Shown: piece after piece, positions 11,291 to 21,481 of the stretch
How the letters are laid out: every line of letters starts with the position of its first letter
Position numbering within the stretch: position 1 is the stretch's first letter
Source: a virus
Lineage: Duplodnaviria > Caudoviricetes
Virus record (IMG/VR): IMGVR_UViG_3300028886_000035
Location: 192,001 to 256,000 of that record
Reading direction: 5' to 3' (one strand)
Length of the DNA stretch: 64,000 bases
The notes under the pieces: generated by a model
What the model was told of the DNA's origin: nothing
The model's input: only the letters and a program-made list of their open reading frames with translations
Databases searched by the model: none
Made by a program: the position numbers and the translations under genes

Positions 11291-11902
11291 TCATAAAGAA
11301 GCCCCTGCCTTTTTAAACTGGAAAAAAAGAATTCCACCTAAAGCATTTCCTAATACATTAGTTGCTAAGAAAGGAATATTAAAAGTTCCACACGCTGACA
11401 TAAAGAAAAAGTTTGCTACACAGTGTTCAAACCCACAAAATACAAAGACCGTAACGCAGAAAATTACAAGCAAAGAATTCTTTTGAGTTTTCCACTCATT
11501 GACAGCTAAGAAAATAAGAATATTACAAAAGATAGCTTTGCAAAATACCATCAATAAAGTTTCGGACAATTTATTTTGTAATATAGTCGAAACATTGCTT
11601 TCAATTCCACAACCAAGGAAAACTAAAGCACAAAGACCAATTCCAATAAAATTACCGAATAAAACCGTTGCATTATCCTTCAAACTTTTTAACGTAGGTG
11701 TAGAACTGCATACAAAACCTGTAAATAATTTAAAAGCATGAACACATACAGCTAAAAGACCTACTGAGAAAAGGACAGCCCCAATTAATTTATTAGGAGA
11801 CACAGCAAGAGAAATACACCCTATACCAATGCTCCAACCTGCCAAAAAAGAAGAATATATATAAGATTTAAATTCACTCATGCCAATCACTCTTTCTAAC
11901 AA
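11291..11902 (-). CDS. formate/nitrite transporter (FNT) family channel
   Basis: LFTG, KAIFCNILIFLAV, FVFCGFEHCVAN, NVLGNALGG signatures. Confidence 0.9.
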   Translation of the reverse strand: MLERVIGMSEFKSYIYSSFLAGWSIGIGCISLAVSPNKLIGAVLFSVGLLAVCVHAFKLFTGFVCSSTPTLKSLKDNATVLFGNFIGIGLCALVFLGCGIESNVSTILQNKLSETLLMVFCKAIFCNILIFLAVNEWKTQKNSLLVIFCVTVFVFCGFEHCVANFFFMSACGTFNIPFLATNVLGNALGGILFFQFKKAGASL

Positions 11903-11905
11903 ATA

Positions 11906-12406
11906 TTAACCTTCTAATATCTTATCAAAAAGGCAAACTTTTAATGGAATTTGAGAATAATATTCCCAATCATTCATCAGTCTATCAAATTCATCTGCCC
12001 ATTCAGAATATTTACGAATAATCAATAAAACAGGAACATTCTCTCGACAACTTTCCATAACAAATTCTTTTAAATCATCAATATCAACAAATTTATTCAA
12101 AATAGTCTCTGCGTTTCCACTAAAGAAAGTGCCATCATCTTTCATTACATAGAAATCATCATCATAAGAAAAATGCTCATTATCTTTAGAGTCAATAACT
12201 GGTCTAAAAATCTCTGCTTCTGCCTTAGAATAAATTTTCATCATATTTTCGTCTTTTTCAGCTTGAATATTATAAAGCTCTACAACAGCTTCTTTAGGAA
12301 AAGAATCAAATACTTCAGAAAACTTATCTGTATGAGCATCAATTTGTTTTGCTAAATTATTGGAGTAGTCAATTTCTTTTTTGTATTTCTCTTTTAAAAA
12401 GCCCAT
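11906..12406 (-). CDS. hypothetical protein
   Basis: 166 aa ORF in operon. Confidence 0.6.
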   Translation of the reverse strand: MGFLKEKYKKEIDYSNNLAKQIDAHTDKFSEVFDSFPKEAVVELYNIQAEKDENMMKIYSKAEAEIFRPVIDSKDNEHFSYDDDFYVMKDDGTFFSGNAETILNKFVDIDDLKEFVMESCRENVPVLLIIRKYSEWADEFDRLMNDWEYYSQIPLKVCLFDKILEG

Positions 12407-12422
12407 ATTTCAACTTCCTTTC

Positions 12423-12905
12423 TTAACGAAAATATTCAACATAATTATCAATAATATATTTTGTATCTTTATAAATCTCTTTATCAAACTTATTCACTAA
12501 AACAGTTGGTTCATTATCAGAAGGATTTTCCTTCCAATAATCAATGTCTATCCAATCCTCAAATTCTCCCCAAAAAGCATTATAATCTTTTGTTTTACCT
12601 CTGATATCTATAAAATTATCTTCTTCATCTATACAAAAAGAATGAATAAGGCTTTTTTCGTATGAATACACATTTACAATTTTATATCCAAACTGTTTAT
12701 GTAATCTTAATGCAAAAATATTGCAAAATCCATGAAGAAAATCATACAGACTTAATTTATTTTCAGAGTTTGGAATAAAACAAGGTTCTTTATCATTGTT
12801 AATAACAATAATATCTTCCAAAAAAGAAAAATCTGTATTTTTATTATCATTAAATATTACTGCCCCTTCACGATAAAAATCTTGTAATTCCATATCTTTG
12901 AACAT
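12423..12905 (-). CDS. conserved phage protein (GxC..FA / H / DIRG, papain-like triad pattern)
   Basis: HGFCNIFA, IHSFC, IDIRG. Confidence 0.5.
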   Translation of the reverse strand: MFKDMELQDFYREGAVIFNDNKNTDFSFLEDIIVINNDKEPCFIPNSENKLSLYDFLHGFCNIFALRLHKQFGYKIVNVYSYEKSLIHSFCIDEEDNFIDIRGKTKDYNAFWGEFEDWIDIDYWKENPSDNEPTVLVNKFDKEIYKDTKYIIDNYVEYFR

Positions 12906-13104
12906 TGTAACTCATTCCTTTCAATACTGTTTATCTCTATGGTTATAGAATATCACATATATAGCTTTTTGTAAAGATGTTTTTTATATATTTTTGAATT
13001 ACAAACTTTTGAATAAAACATTTTACAAAAGTACATTAAACAAAAATGCAAAATGTTTTATTTTTATATATCAAAATAGGCAGGATATTTCACCTGCCTA
13101 TTTT

Positions 13105-13686
13105 TTATTTCTTGATACGCTTACGATTTTTCAAACCGATACGAAATGAATAACCGTTATCCATAACATATTTCAAGTAGTCTCTTAATTCCTGTTCATT
13201 GTAAATACCTCTTACACAAATCTCTTTTGCAATCATACAATCTGTGTTATCTTTTTCATTATACATGATATAAAGCAAATTGCCTTTATCCACAAACTGT
13301 TTCACACTATCTTTAGCTCGTTTAACGCTATTCCACAAACCATTATAAAAGTCAATAACCTTAATGCTATCACTTGTATGACTTGTGAAAATCTGTGTAT
13401 CTTCTTCATCACCGAACCACTTATCACAAGTATTGACAAGATACTTGTGCCATTGTGCTACCGTCTTAACAGGTTTTTCACCATCGAAAGAAAACCATAA
13501 GCGTTCATAAACCTCCCTTCTTGTTGTATAATTAAACTCTGTACAATTCGATGAACCAATGCACCAAAGTAAAAGAACTTCATCGTTTGAAAGTTTAATG
13601 CCTACACGGTCATACATAATTGAATAACTCATTTCAATTACCTCCCAATCGAACCTGTGAACCTCTTTATGTTTATATATTATCAC
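13105..13686 (-). CDS. hypothetical early protein (likely starts at MSYSI)
   Basis: cassette ORF with RBS GGAGGT. Confidence 0.6.
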   Translation of the reverse strand: MIIYKHKEVHRFDWEVIEMSYSIMYDRVGIKLSNDEVLLLWCIGSSNCTEFNYTTRREVYERLWFSFDGEKPVKTVAQWHKYLVNTCDKWFGDEEDTQIFTSHTSDSIKVIDFYNGLWNSVKRAKDSVKQFVDKGNLLYIMYNEKDNTDCMIAKEICVRGIYNEQELRDYLKYVMDNGYSFRIGLKNRKRIKK

Positions 13687-13912
13687 ATCTTAGATACTTT
13701 GTCAAGAATTTTTTTATTTTATTTCTCTCAAAACATGTTTTGTTTCTATGGTTATATATTACCACATATATATAATATTGTCAACAATTTTTTTATATAA
13801 ATAGATATAATAAAACATTTTACAAACAAACTAGTTCCATTGAAAAAATGTAAAATGTTTTATATCAAAATCATTTAGTAAAGCGATAGGAAATTTCCTA
13901 TCGCTTTACCCA

Positions 13913-14284
13913 TCATATTTGTCTCATTCGTTTATCAACACTTTGCATACATTCAATCGCTTTTTGTCTGATTGATTTCTCATGACCTGTATAATAACGT
14001 TTCAACAATTTATCGTATTGCATACAAAAAAAGTCTTTTTCGTTACTAGTTAATGTCTCCACATCAAAATCAATCTGAACGTTTTTACCGAATTGCTTTC
14101 GCATAATATCAGTAAAGCTAGTTTGCATACCGAATTTGATAAACGTTTGTTCATCGAACAACATCGAACTTGCTCGTCGTTTTACATCTAAGCAATTTGC
14201 ATAGCAACAAACGATAACACTCTGCCCATTGTCGCTCAAGAACTTCAAAACTTGTTGACGAATATGCTTATTATCCATAAGCAC
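13913..14284 (-). CDS. hypothetical protein, paralog of 14558-14911
   Basis: VLKFLSDNG..YANCLDVKR vs VIKFLNDNG..YANYLDLKR. Confidence 0.7.
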   Translation of the reverse strand: MLMDNKHIRQQVLKFLSDNGQSVIVCCYANCLDVKRRASSMLFDEQTFIKFGMQTSFTDIMRKQFGKNVQIDFDVETLTSNEKDFFCMQYDKLLKRYYTGHEKSIRQKAIECMQSVDKRMRQI

Positions 14285-14557
14285 ACCTCCTATTTAATTG
14301 TTAGAGAACTTATTCGGAACAATCTCTCCTGTTCCTTACATTGTACATGATAGCACGCTAGCTACATATTGTCAATGGAATTTGTATAATTCTAATATGC
14401 TTCTAATGATAAATTTTACAGATAAAACATTTTACAAAATATCAGTATCATTGAAAAAGTGTAAAATGTTTTATTCATTTTATAATTTTATCAGATAAAA
14501 CATTTTACAAAAAAAGCAATATAAAAATAGGGAATGAAAAATCATTCCCTATGATAA

Positions 14558-14911
14558 TTATGATATATTATCAATTTTTTTAATCAGTTCTTTTGCATCG
14601 TTGATAACATGACTTTTATCATTATCAAAATACTTTTGTCTTAATTGTTCATACCTAAATTTCAATGTAGCATATTGAACATCATACTTACCATCATTAA
14701 AACATTCTTGCATAAATTGTGTTTCTACTTGTCTACCAAATTTACGTTTCATTGTAGAAATGAAATATTGTTGCATAGCCATATTAACAAAAGTATCGTT
14801 ATCAAATTTAAGCATTTTCTTTCGTTTCAAATCTAAGTAGTTTGCATATCCACCAACAATTAATTTTTCCCCATTATCATTGAGAAACTTAATAACTTCA
14901 TCTTTAAGCAT
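14558..14911 (-). CDS. hypothetical protein, paralog of 13913-14284
   Basis: tandem paralog in its own promoter cassette. Confidence 0.7.
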   Translation of the reverse strand: MLKDEVIKFLNDNGEKLIVGGYANYLDLKRKKMLKFDNDTFVNMAMQQYFISTMKRKFGRQVETQFMQECFNDGKYDVQYATLKFRYEQLRQKYFDNDKSHVINDAKELIKKIDNIS

Positions 14912-15303
14912 ACAAATTACCTCCCTATTAAACCTACTATGATTTTATCAAAAATCCATATATATGTCAAGATAATTTTTTTGTAAAATGTTTTATGTTA
15001 TACTTCTATATAAAACATTTTACAAATTGTTGTTTTGACCTTTTTTTGTAAAATGTTTTATTATATGGCATATGATAATTATTATCAATAATACAATAAA
15101 AGTATATCTTTGAGCAATATTAAAAACTGCTTTTTTTTGAAAATCAAAAATTTAGGTATGGGGGGGTCAAAAAATCAGGAGGGGGGGTAGTATAAATTTG
15201 TTTCAAAAATTAAGTTAATCAATTTATAATAAAATAGCTTAAAAAATTTTTAAAAATTATTTTTTTTCTAATTCAAGAAAATCAGCATGGGGGGGTGGCA
15301 AAA

Positions 15304-16143
15304 TTATACAATTCTTTTAACAAATCTATTTTTATTATTATATAAATATATTTTTTTATATCCAACATCTTTTAATTTATTTATAAGTTTATATAATGAT
15401 ATACCTTGCATAGTTTCAATAAAGGCAAGTTGATTGACTTTATGACCAAACGCACAAGAATGAATATTTATATCTTTTAATTCATTTTTATCTAATCTAA
15501 CTTGTCTTTTATCTGATATAAAATCAATATGATTATTATTACACCAACGCAATAAACATTTTGTATGTGATTCTTTTTGTTTTGTTTCTAAATATATATT
15601 TGGCTTGATATAAATCCATCCATTGTCTCTTGTATCAAAATCTAATTGTCTATTAATTTTAACCACTTGACCTATAGAATCATTATATGTATATAATTCT
15701 TTTATATCTTTAATTTCATTTATATTGCCGAAACCACAATACTTTTTTGTATATAATGGATTATCGCGCATATACTTCATTATATCTTTTAACCAATTGG
15801 TACAAGCATTATTACATATATAATCATTCTCAACATAATTAACTATTAATGAATAAGGTATTTTCTGATTATATTTTTTACTAATTTCAAATTCCATTTT
15901 TTTTGATAGGGGGGTATCTTTTATAAGAGCAAAAAAATGTTTTAGTGAACAATTATTAAATTGATTATATTTTTTCAAATTATAATAAAAAGTTTGATTA
16001 TTTTCTTGATTATTTTCTTTTAAAGCTAAACCATTTTTTAGAATATTATTAAAATTATTTATATCAAAAACAGTATGGAAATAATTTGCAATTTCCATAC
16101 TATCAAAAACATTTTTTATATAATTTAATTTTCTATTTTTCAC
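15304..16143 (-). CDS. hypothetical protein sharing the repeat domain of 32769-35254
   Basis: AFIET..LINKLKDVGYKKIY aligns with AIIET..VINILKKNGAKKVY. Confidence 0.65.
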   Translation of the reverse strand: MKNRKLNYIKNVFDSMEIANYFHTVFDINNFNNILKNGLALKENNQENNQTFYYNLKKYNQFNNCSLKHFFALIKDTPLSKKMEFEISKKYNQKIPYSLIVNYVENDYICNNACTNWLKDIMKYMRDNPLYTKKYCGFGNINEIKDIKELYTYNDSIGQVVKINRQLDFDTRDNGWIYIKPNIYLETKQKESHTKCLLRWCNNNHIDFISDKRQVRLDKNELKDINIHSCAFGHKVNQLAFIETMQGISLYKLINKLKDVGYKKIYLYNNKNRFVKRIV

Positions 16144-16565
16144 TTAATAATTTCCTCTGCATATCCATTATTAATTGTATATACGATTCGTTTAATACCA
16201 ACTTTTTTAATTAGTGTGTAACAAGCATTACATGGTCTACAACATTTTAACCATTTTTCAGTAGCATCACAACGATAAATATACATAGTACAACCATATA
16301 AATCTTCATTTGAATTAACAATTGCAGAAATTTCTGCATGAATGTGATGTTGAAATTTTACATCATTATAATAACTTAAATATCTATCGTAATATTTTTG
16401 TATGGGATGGGTCTTTTTACTATTTTTACCAACAGAAATAATGCGATTTTTCTTTACAATAACTGCGCCTATATGTACAATTCTATGTTGCATAGTTGTT
16501 CTAAAAGTAGATGTTTTAGAAACGGCTTCGGCAATACGCATAAACTTTTTATCTTTTTTTGTCAC
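16140..16565 (-). CDS. zinc-dependent cytidine/dCMP deaminase family protein
   Basis: HAE and PCxxC (HAEISAI, RPCNAC) motifs. Confidence 0.85.
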   Translation of the reverse strand: MTKKDKKFMRIAEAVSKTSTFRTTMQHRIVHIGAVIVKKNRIISVGKNSKKTHPIQKYYDRYLSYYNDVKFQHHIHAEISAIVNSNEDLYGCTMYIYRCDATEKWLKCCRPCNACYTLIKKVGIKRIVYTINNGYAEEIIK

Positions 16566-16673
16566 ACGAACACATATCCTTTTTAAGTTGATTGACTTTT
16601 ATTGATATTATATCACATTATTTTATTATATGTCAATCAAAAAAACTAACCAATATTGGTTAGTTTTTATATA

Positions 16674-17291
16674 TTATTCTTGATTTTGTTCGCTATCGTA
16701 TTGTTGTTTATACCATGTAGCTTTGCCACGAAGTACATTGCCGCCCGTTACAGGGTCGCTATGGTCTGATGTATAATAAGAACTTTCTTCTGTTCCTAAA
16801 TACTGTAAATCCCATCTTTCAACAGTATACTGTGGTCCGTAACAATCATCTTCTGAATATGTATATATTCCATCAATACTATCTGCTGCTTCTCCATGTG
16901 TCATAACATGGTCTGTATCAATCGTAAGCCAAAGTGCGTCTGCTACTTTCCAAATTACTTGTGCCATAACCTCAATTTGGTCTGCCGTAGGAGCATAAGA
17001 GCCTAAATCATTTGTTGTAGCACCATAAGCGCAACAAAGACTAATTCCAATAGCACCACTATTTCTACGCCACGTATGATTTAACACTTCTGATAAATCA
17101 TCTGTAGCTACATAAATAGAACCATCACCTGTAATGTTAATATGGTAATCATCAAAACAAGTATCATAACGTCCTGCTGACCAATGCAAATAAATTTTTG
17201 GTTCACGTCCATACTGACCTGCAATATTCCAAATAGCCTGACGAGCATCAGAAGCCAACTGATAAACTTCATCTAATGTAACTTGTCTCAT
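16674..17291 (-). CDS. N-acetylmuramoyl-L-alanine amidase (Amidase_2), probable lysin
   Basis: IYLHWSAG, YH, HTWRRNSGAIGISL, VMTHGE. Confidence 0.85.
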   Translation of the reverse strand: MRQVTLDEVYQLASDARQAIWNIAGQYGREPKIYLHWSAGRYDTCFDDYHINITGDGSIYVATDDLSEVLNHTWRRNSGAIGISLCCAYGATTNDLGSYAPTADQIEVMAQVIWKVADALWLTIDTDHVMTHGEAADSIDGIYTYSEDDCYGPQYTVERWDLQYLGTEESSYYTSDHSDPVTGGNVLRGKATWYKQQYDSEQNQE

Positions 17292-17403
17292 TATATAACC
17301 TCCGTTTCTTATAAAAGAAACAATTAAAAAAGTTTTTTATCTACAATTAACATATATAAAAAATTAAATAAAATCACGTTTTTGTATACTATACTAATAA
17401 TAA

Positions 17404-18654
17404 TTAAATAGATACAATAATTTTAAAATCCAATTGTACATCTGCATCGTTATATAATGTAATGGAATTTTTACTATTGTATGCTAATGTACAAACACCT
17501 TCTGCATTAATATATTTATTAATAGTACGTGAACCAGATATAGTATCTTTAACAAGTACTTTTATTTGCATGGAATATAAATCCATTGTGCTATCATAAT
17601 TAATAGTGGTATTTCCACCCGCATTAATAGTTTTATCTTGTACATTTACATTTGGTTTTATAACTTTTTTTAAAGCATTAATGGCATTTGTATTATTTGT
17701 AATATTTGTAGTATTTGTATTAATTTTAGGTATAATTATACTATCTATATCATTTTCAACATCGTTTAATTGAGAAGTTAAATCTGTTAATTTTGGATTA
17801 ATTGTATTATTAATTGTATTAACCGCAGATAATGCTTTATTATAAGCATTATTTGTTAAATTGTTAATAGATGATATTGTTGTATTATTTATTGTATTTA
17901 TATCAGATTTTATACTATCAATTTGTGATTGAATACTTCCGCTTGAAGAACTGCCACCAGAACCATTTAATTGTGTATTTAAACTATTTATTTTATTTTC
18001 TAGTGACGTTAAACGACCATCTTGTATTCCATTTTTATTATTAATATTTGTAATACTACTATTTACATTTGTTTTAAATGAAGATAACTGATTTGATAAA
18101 TTACCAATAGATGTTTTATTGTTACTTACATCTATTTTTAATTGATTTATATCAGATTCATCATTAGTTAATCTAGTATTTAAATTGGCTATTTTAGTAT
18201 CTAATCCGGTTCCACTACCTGAACCGCCACCAGTACCGCCAGTATATGTACCACCTGTAGTTGCTTGGTCTATTTTTTTAACAACTGTTGTTAAATTCGT
18301 TAAATTATTTGTTGTATTGGAAATATTTGTAGTGTTGGTATGAACTTGATTTGTAAGGTTTGTTAAATTCGTTGTATTCGTATTTGCTATTTTTGTAGCA
18401 TTATCTATATCTTTACGTATTTTATCTACTTCTGCTTGTATTAAAACAGGTTGTGCGTTTTTTAAAGCAGTTACTTGACTTTTTACTAATGTAATTTCAG
18501 AGTCATTATTAGCTATCAAACCTTTTAATATAGCTATATCTTTTTTATTTTGTTCTGAAACACTTTTGTTCGTATCTATTTGTTCATCATATAAATCTAT
18601 ATCATTATTTGAATCAAGTACAATATTAACGTTTTTACTTTGTAATGTAGCCAA
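17404..18654 (-). CDS. coiled-coil fibre-like structural protein
   Basis: N/T/I heptad repeats with Gly/Ser linkers and a C-terminal beta domain. Confidence 0.6.
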   Translation of the reverse strand: MATLQSKNVNIVLDSNNDIDLYDEQIDTNKSVSEQNKKDIAILKGLIANNDSEITLVKSQVTALKNAQPVLIQAEVDKIRKDIDNATKIANTNTTNLTNLTNQVHTNTTNISNTTNNLTNLTTVVKKIDQATTGGTYTGGTGGGSGSGTGLDTKIANLNTRLTNDESDINQLKIDVSNNKTSIGNLSNQLSSFKTNVNSSITNINNKNGIQDGRLTSLENKINSLNTQLNGSGGSSSSGSIQSQIDSIKSDINTINNTTISSINNLTNNAYNKALSAVNTINNTINPKLTDLTSQLNDVENDIDSIIIPKINTNTTNITNNTNAINALKKVIKPNVNVQDKTINAGGNTTINYDSTMDLYSMQIKVLVKDTISGSRTINKYINAEGVCTLAYNSKNSITLYNDADVQLDFKIIVSI

Positions 18655-18655
18655 T

Positions 18656-19231
18656 TCAATCCACCTCCTTCATCCGTTGTTCTATATACTTAATTTCATC
18701 ATTAATTTTTTCTATATTTACCAATACATCTGATAAACGAATATTATTATTATTTACATTTTCTTCATTGGTAGCTATACGTGCATTAGTCAAAGGAATA
18801 CCATTTTCTTTAAGAGATATAATATCCCAATACATTTTGTCTATATCATCTTTTAATATTTTCAATTCGTTTATGTCATTTTTCAAATTTTTATTTTCTC
18901 TACGTTGACTAATGACAAATTCATTCAATGAATTTTTTATATCTCTTAGCTGAACATCTGTAATGTTTGATTTCATAAAATATTCTTGTATATAATCAAC
19001 AGAATTCATTACTCTAGTAATTTTACTATCTATTCCTTCTACTTGTTCTTTTATAACGCGATATTGTTCTTGTAGCAAATCTATCGCTTCTTGATGTTCC
19101 GTCACTTGTTGTTGTATTACATCTAAAACATTCGGTTCTTGACCATTTTCTTTTGTATCAGGATTGCTTTCATTCTGTTGTTCGTCTTTTTTATATGTAT
19201 CAGAAACTAACATAATATATATCACCACCAA
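18656..19231 (-). CDS. coiled-coil protein
   Basis: heptad pattern; coupled to the fibre gene. Confidence 0.6.
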   Translation of the reverse strand: MVVIYIMLVSDTYKKDEQQNESNPDTKENGQEPNVLDVIQQQVTEHQEAIDLLQEQYRVIKEQVEGIDSKITRVMNSVDYIQEYFMKSNITDVQLRDIKNSLNEFVISQRRENKNLKNDINELKILKDDIDKMYWDIISLKENGIPLTNARIATNEENVNNNNIRLSDVLVNIEKINDEIKYIEQRMKEVD

Positions 19232-19294
19232 TTTTTATTCATCTAAATAATACATATTAAAACTATATAAAAAAATGTTTGTTTTATCTATATA

Positions 19295-19332
19295 AAAAAT
19301 CCCCTGCTCTTTTGAGCAGGGGGGTAGTTGAC
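19295..19332. mobile_element. IS200/IS605-superfamily end-like hairpin
   Basis: CCCCTGCTC-TTTT-GAGCAGGGG followed by GGTAGTTGAC; same tail as 35833 and 36256. Confidence 0.55.
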
Positions 19333-20247
19333 TTAATAGTTATCTTTTTCTTCTTCCATAACACCTGTGTATACCATATAAAACTCGGTATTATCATCAG
19401 TAAAGTCAACCGTTTTAAAGTCGCTTTCATCTATTGCCATTTTTTCAACAATATCCCAATTGTCACCCTTCATAAAGTCTTTTTCATCAATGTCTTTAAT
19501 AACATTACCACCTTTATACCACAAATTCATCTTGCCAAAACTTTCATCCTCTTTCAAGAATACTTTCGTAATAAAAGGTGTGTTTTTCGGAATTGCAAGA
19601 TAGCTGTTACGATTAGCAGGTGTATCCGTCAAGCGATAAAGCATCTGCCCATATGGAAGCTGACGAAGTTCAACAGTACCGTCTGCCTTGCGAATGGGAA
19701 TATACATATAATGAACACAATTAATGTATTCATCATGTTTCAAACACTCAAACTCCATATCACCATTCTTTACCTTCAATTCCACATTTTCTGCATTCTG
19801 AAAATTGGAATTAGAAATGGTAATGGCTTTATGACCTGTAAGTTTCTGTAAAGTCAGTTCCTTTGCGACTTCCTTCTTGATTTCAGAATTGGAAAAATTC
19901 TCTTTGAACGTCTTGTATTTACCACATTCCACAAATCTATTTCCTTCATCATTCAGTTTATACGCAATAACACCACGTTTAGGAACATTAATGCAATAAA
20001 CATCGGACTTACGAGCAAACACGAAACGTTCACACGACGTTGCCCTTGGGTCATCACTAAACATACGACTAAAAAGTGCAGAACGATGAACAGTATTCTC
20101 TGTAATTTTACCATTTGCGTCATAAACCATTTTTTTAAGCTCCGTAAATGCAGGAACTTCAATTCTTGCCAAACGATACATCTGATTATCCATTATTGAC
20201 CTCTCCTTTAATGTCTTAATATTTTCCTTGTACTTATATGTTACCAT
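19333..20247 (-). CDS. hypothetical protein (likely starts at MDNQ)
   Basis: long ORF with own promoter. Confidence 0.65.
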   Translation of the reverse strand: MVTYKYKENIKTLKERSIMDNQMYRLARIEVPAFTELKKMVYDANGKITENTVHRSALFSRMFSDDPRATSCERFVFARKSDVYCINVPKRGVIAYKLNDEGNRFVECGKYKTFKENFSNSEIKKEVAKELTLQKLTGHKAITISNSNFQNAENVELKVKNGDMEFECLKHDEYINCVHYMYIPIRKADGTVELRQLPYGQMLYRLTDTPANRNSYLAIPKNTPFITKVFLKEDESFGKMNLWYKGGNVIKDIDEKDFMKGDNWDIVEKMAIDESDFKTVDFTDDNTEFYMVYTGVMEEEKDNY

Positions 20248-20366
20248 ATTTAAAATGATTTGTCAACACTTTTTTGAATATCTTGTTGAAAAACTTTTAT
20301 CTTTATTATATCAAACATTAAAAAAGTCAATAGAAAAAGGTCACTATATTTCAAGTGACCTATATA

Positions 20367-20654
20367 TTAGTAATAAAGTTTTTTCGTTCCTATTTTTTCC
20401 ATATTGGAATAATCATCATCATATCCCAAATTATCCGTAAAAAATTCATCTACTAAAACTTTAGAAGTAAATTCATCTACAAAACATTCCCCATTGGAAT
20501 TATCCATAGCTAAATATGTACCATTATCCGTTTTTGCTACATAACATTCTCGTGGAATAGAATTTTTATTCATACGATATTTCTGTTCATAATCATTAAA
20601 TTCCTTTTCGGAAATCATTTCATAATCTACACCACTAGAAATATAATTATTCAT
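20367..20654 (-). CDS. hypothetical protein
   Basis: ORF with RBS. Confidence 0.55.
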   Translation of the reverse strand: MNNYISSGVDYEMISEKEFNDYEQKYRMNKNSIPRECYVAKTDNGTYLAMDNSNGECFVDEFTSKVLVDEFFTDNLGYDDDYSNMEKIGTKKLYY

Positions 20655-20669
20655 TTTATATTTTTCCCC

Positions 20670-21050
20670 TTAATTAAAATCTTCATCATTATCTTTTGAT
20701 TGAAGGTTTTCAACAACATCACTTTTTGAATTAAGAATATAGTTTTGAATATCTTCTTTCAACTCATCCTGTTCGTCTGTTGAAAGATTATTATATTTAT
20801 CCTCAAATTCAAAATCTTCCTTGGCTTTAATAATTAAATCCTCAACAATAGAAGTATAAAAATTATCAAACCATTCATCAACAGACGAAAATTTTATTTC
20901 ATCTATTTGTTGATTATCATTAGAAGCTTCATTCCATGCAGAATACAAATCGTTTAATTCATCTGAAATTTCTTCTACTGAAATAAGATTTTTAAAAAGA
21001 GAAAAAACATTATCTGAATTTTCTGTAGCTTTTACCAATCTACGTTTCAT
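20670..21050 (-). CDS. acidic protein with MKRRLVKA tag
   Basis: N-terminal motif; D/E-rich. Confidence 0.65.
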   Translation of the reverse strand: MKRRLVKATENSDNVFSLFKNLISVEEISDELNDLYSAWNEASNDNQQIDEIKFSSVDEWFDNFYTSIVEDLIIKAKEDFEFEDKYNNLSTDEQDELKEDIQNYILNSKSDVVENLQSKDNDEDFN

Positions 21051-21481
21051 TTAAAATTTTCAATTCCTTTCGCTAAATTCTATATCTATTATATTCATAA
21101 AATGAATAAAGCAACAAATAACAGAATTAAGAATAAAGCAACCGTAGCATTAGCGCAAAAACCAACCACCTTAATAATACTTCCCAATCCATCTTTTGTT
21201 GTTTCATATAATTTATGATTTATATCAAGGACAGTATTCGTATGGCTAAGTAAACTATCAATATTATCAAAAGAAAGATTCCCTATAGACACCGCATTAT
21301 CAACAACATTAAAATCTTTATTTGCATTCATTTTGTATTCACCCGCACGTTGTTAATTAACAATAAATATTAAAAAACTGTTTTCTCACCAATATAATAA
21401 TTAACATAATGGCAAATATACATACTTTGGAACTTAATTAAATTAAAGTTTTGATTGAATTAAAATTTATAAAACCATTCA

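Larger units (their letters stand above)
1713..15060. repeat. dispersed 14-bp quasi-palindrome TAAAACATTTTACA, 23 copies in both orientations
   Basis: starts at 1713,2209,3214*,3242,4681,5687,6104,8025,9355,9391,10162,10196,10651,13014,13047*,13811,13849,14423,14460,14496,14982,15011,15047 (*one mismatch); all outside likely coding sequence. Confidence 0.92.

Noticed and set aside
1713-15060. 14-mer array as a CRISPR array or as CcpA cre sites
   Set aside because: Too short, irregularly spaced, in both orientations and separated by genes; lacks the central CG of cre
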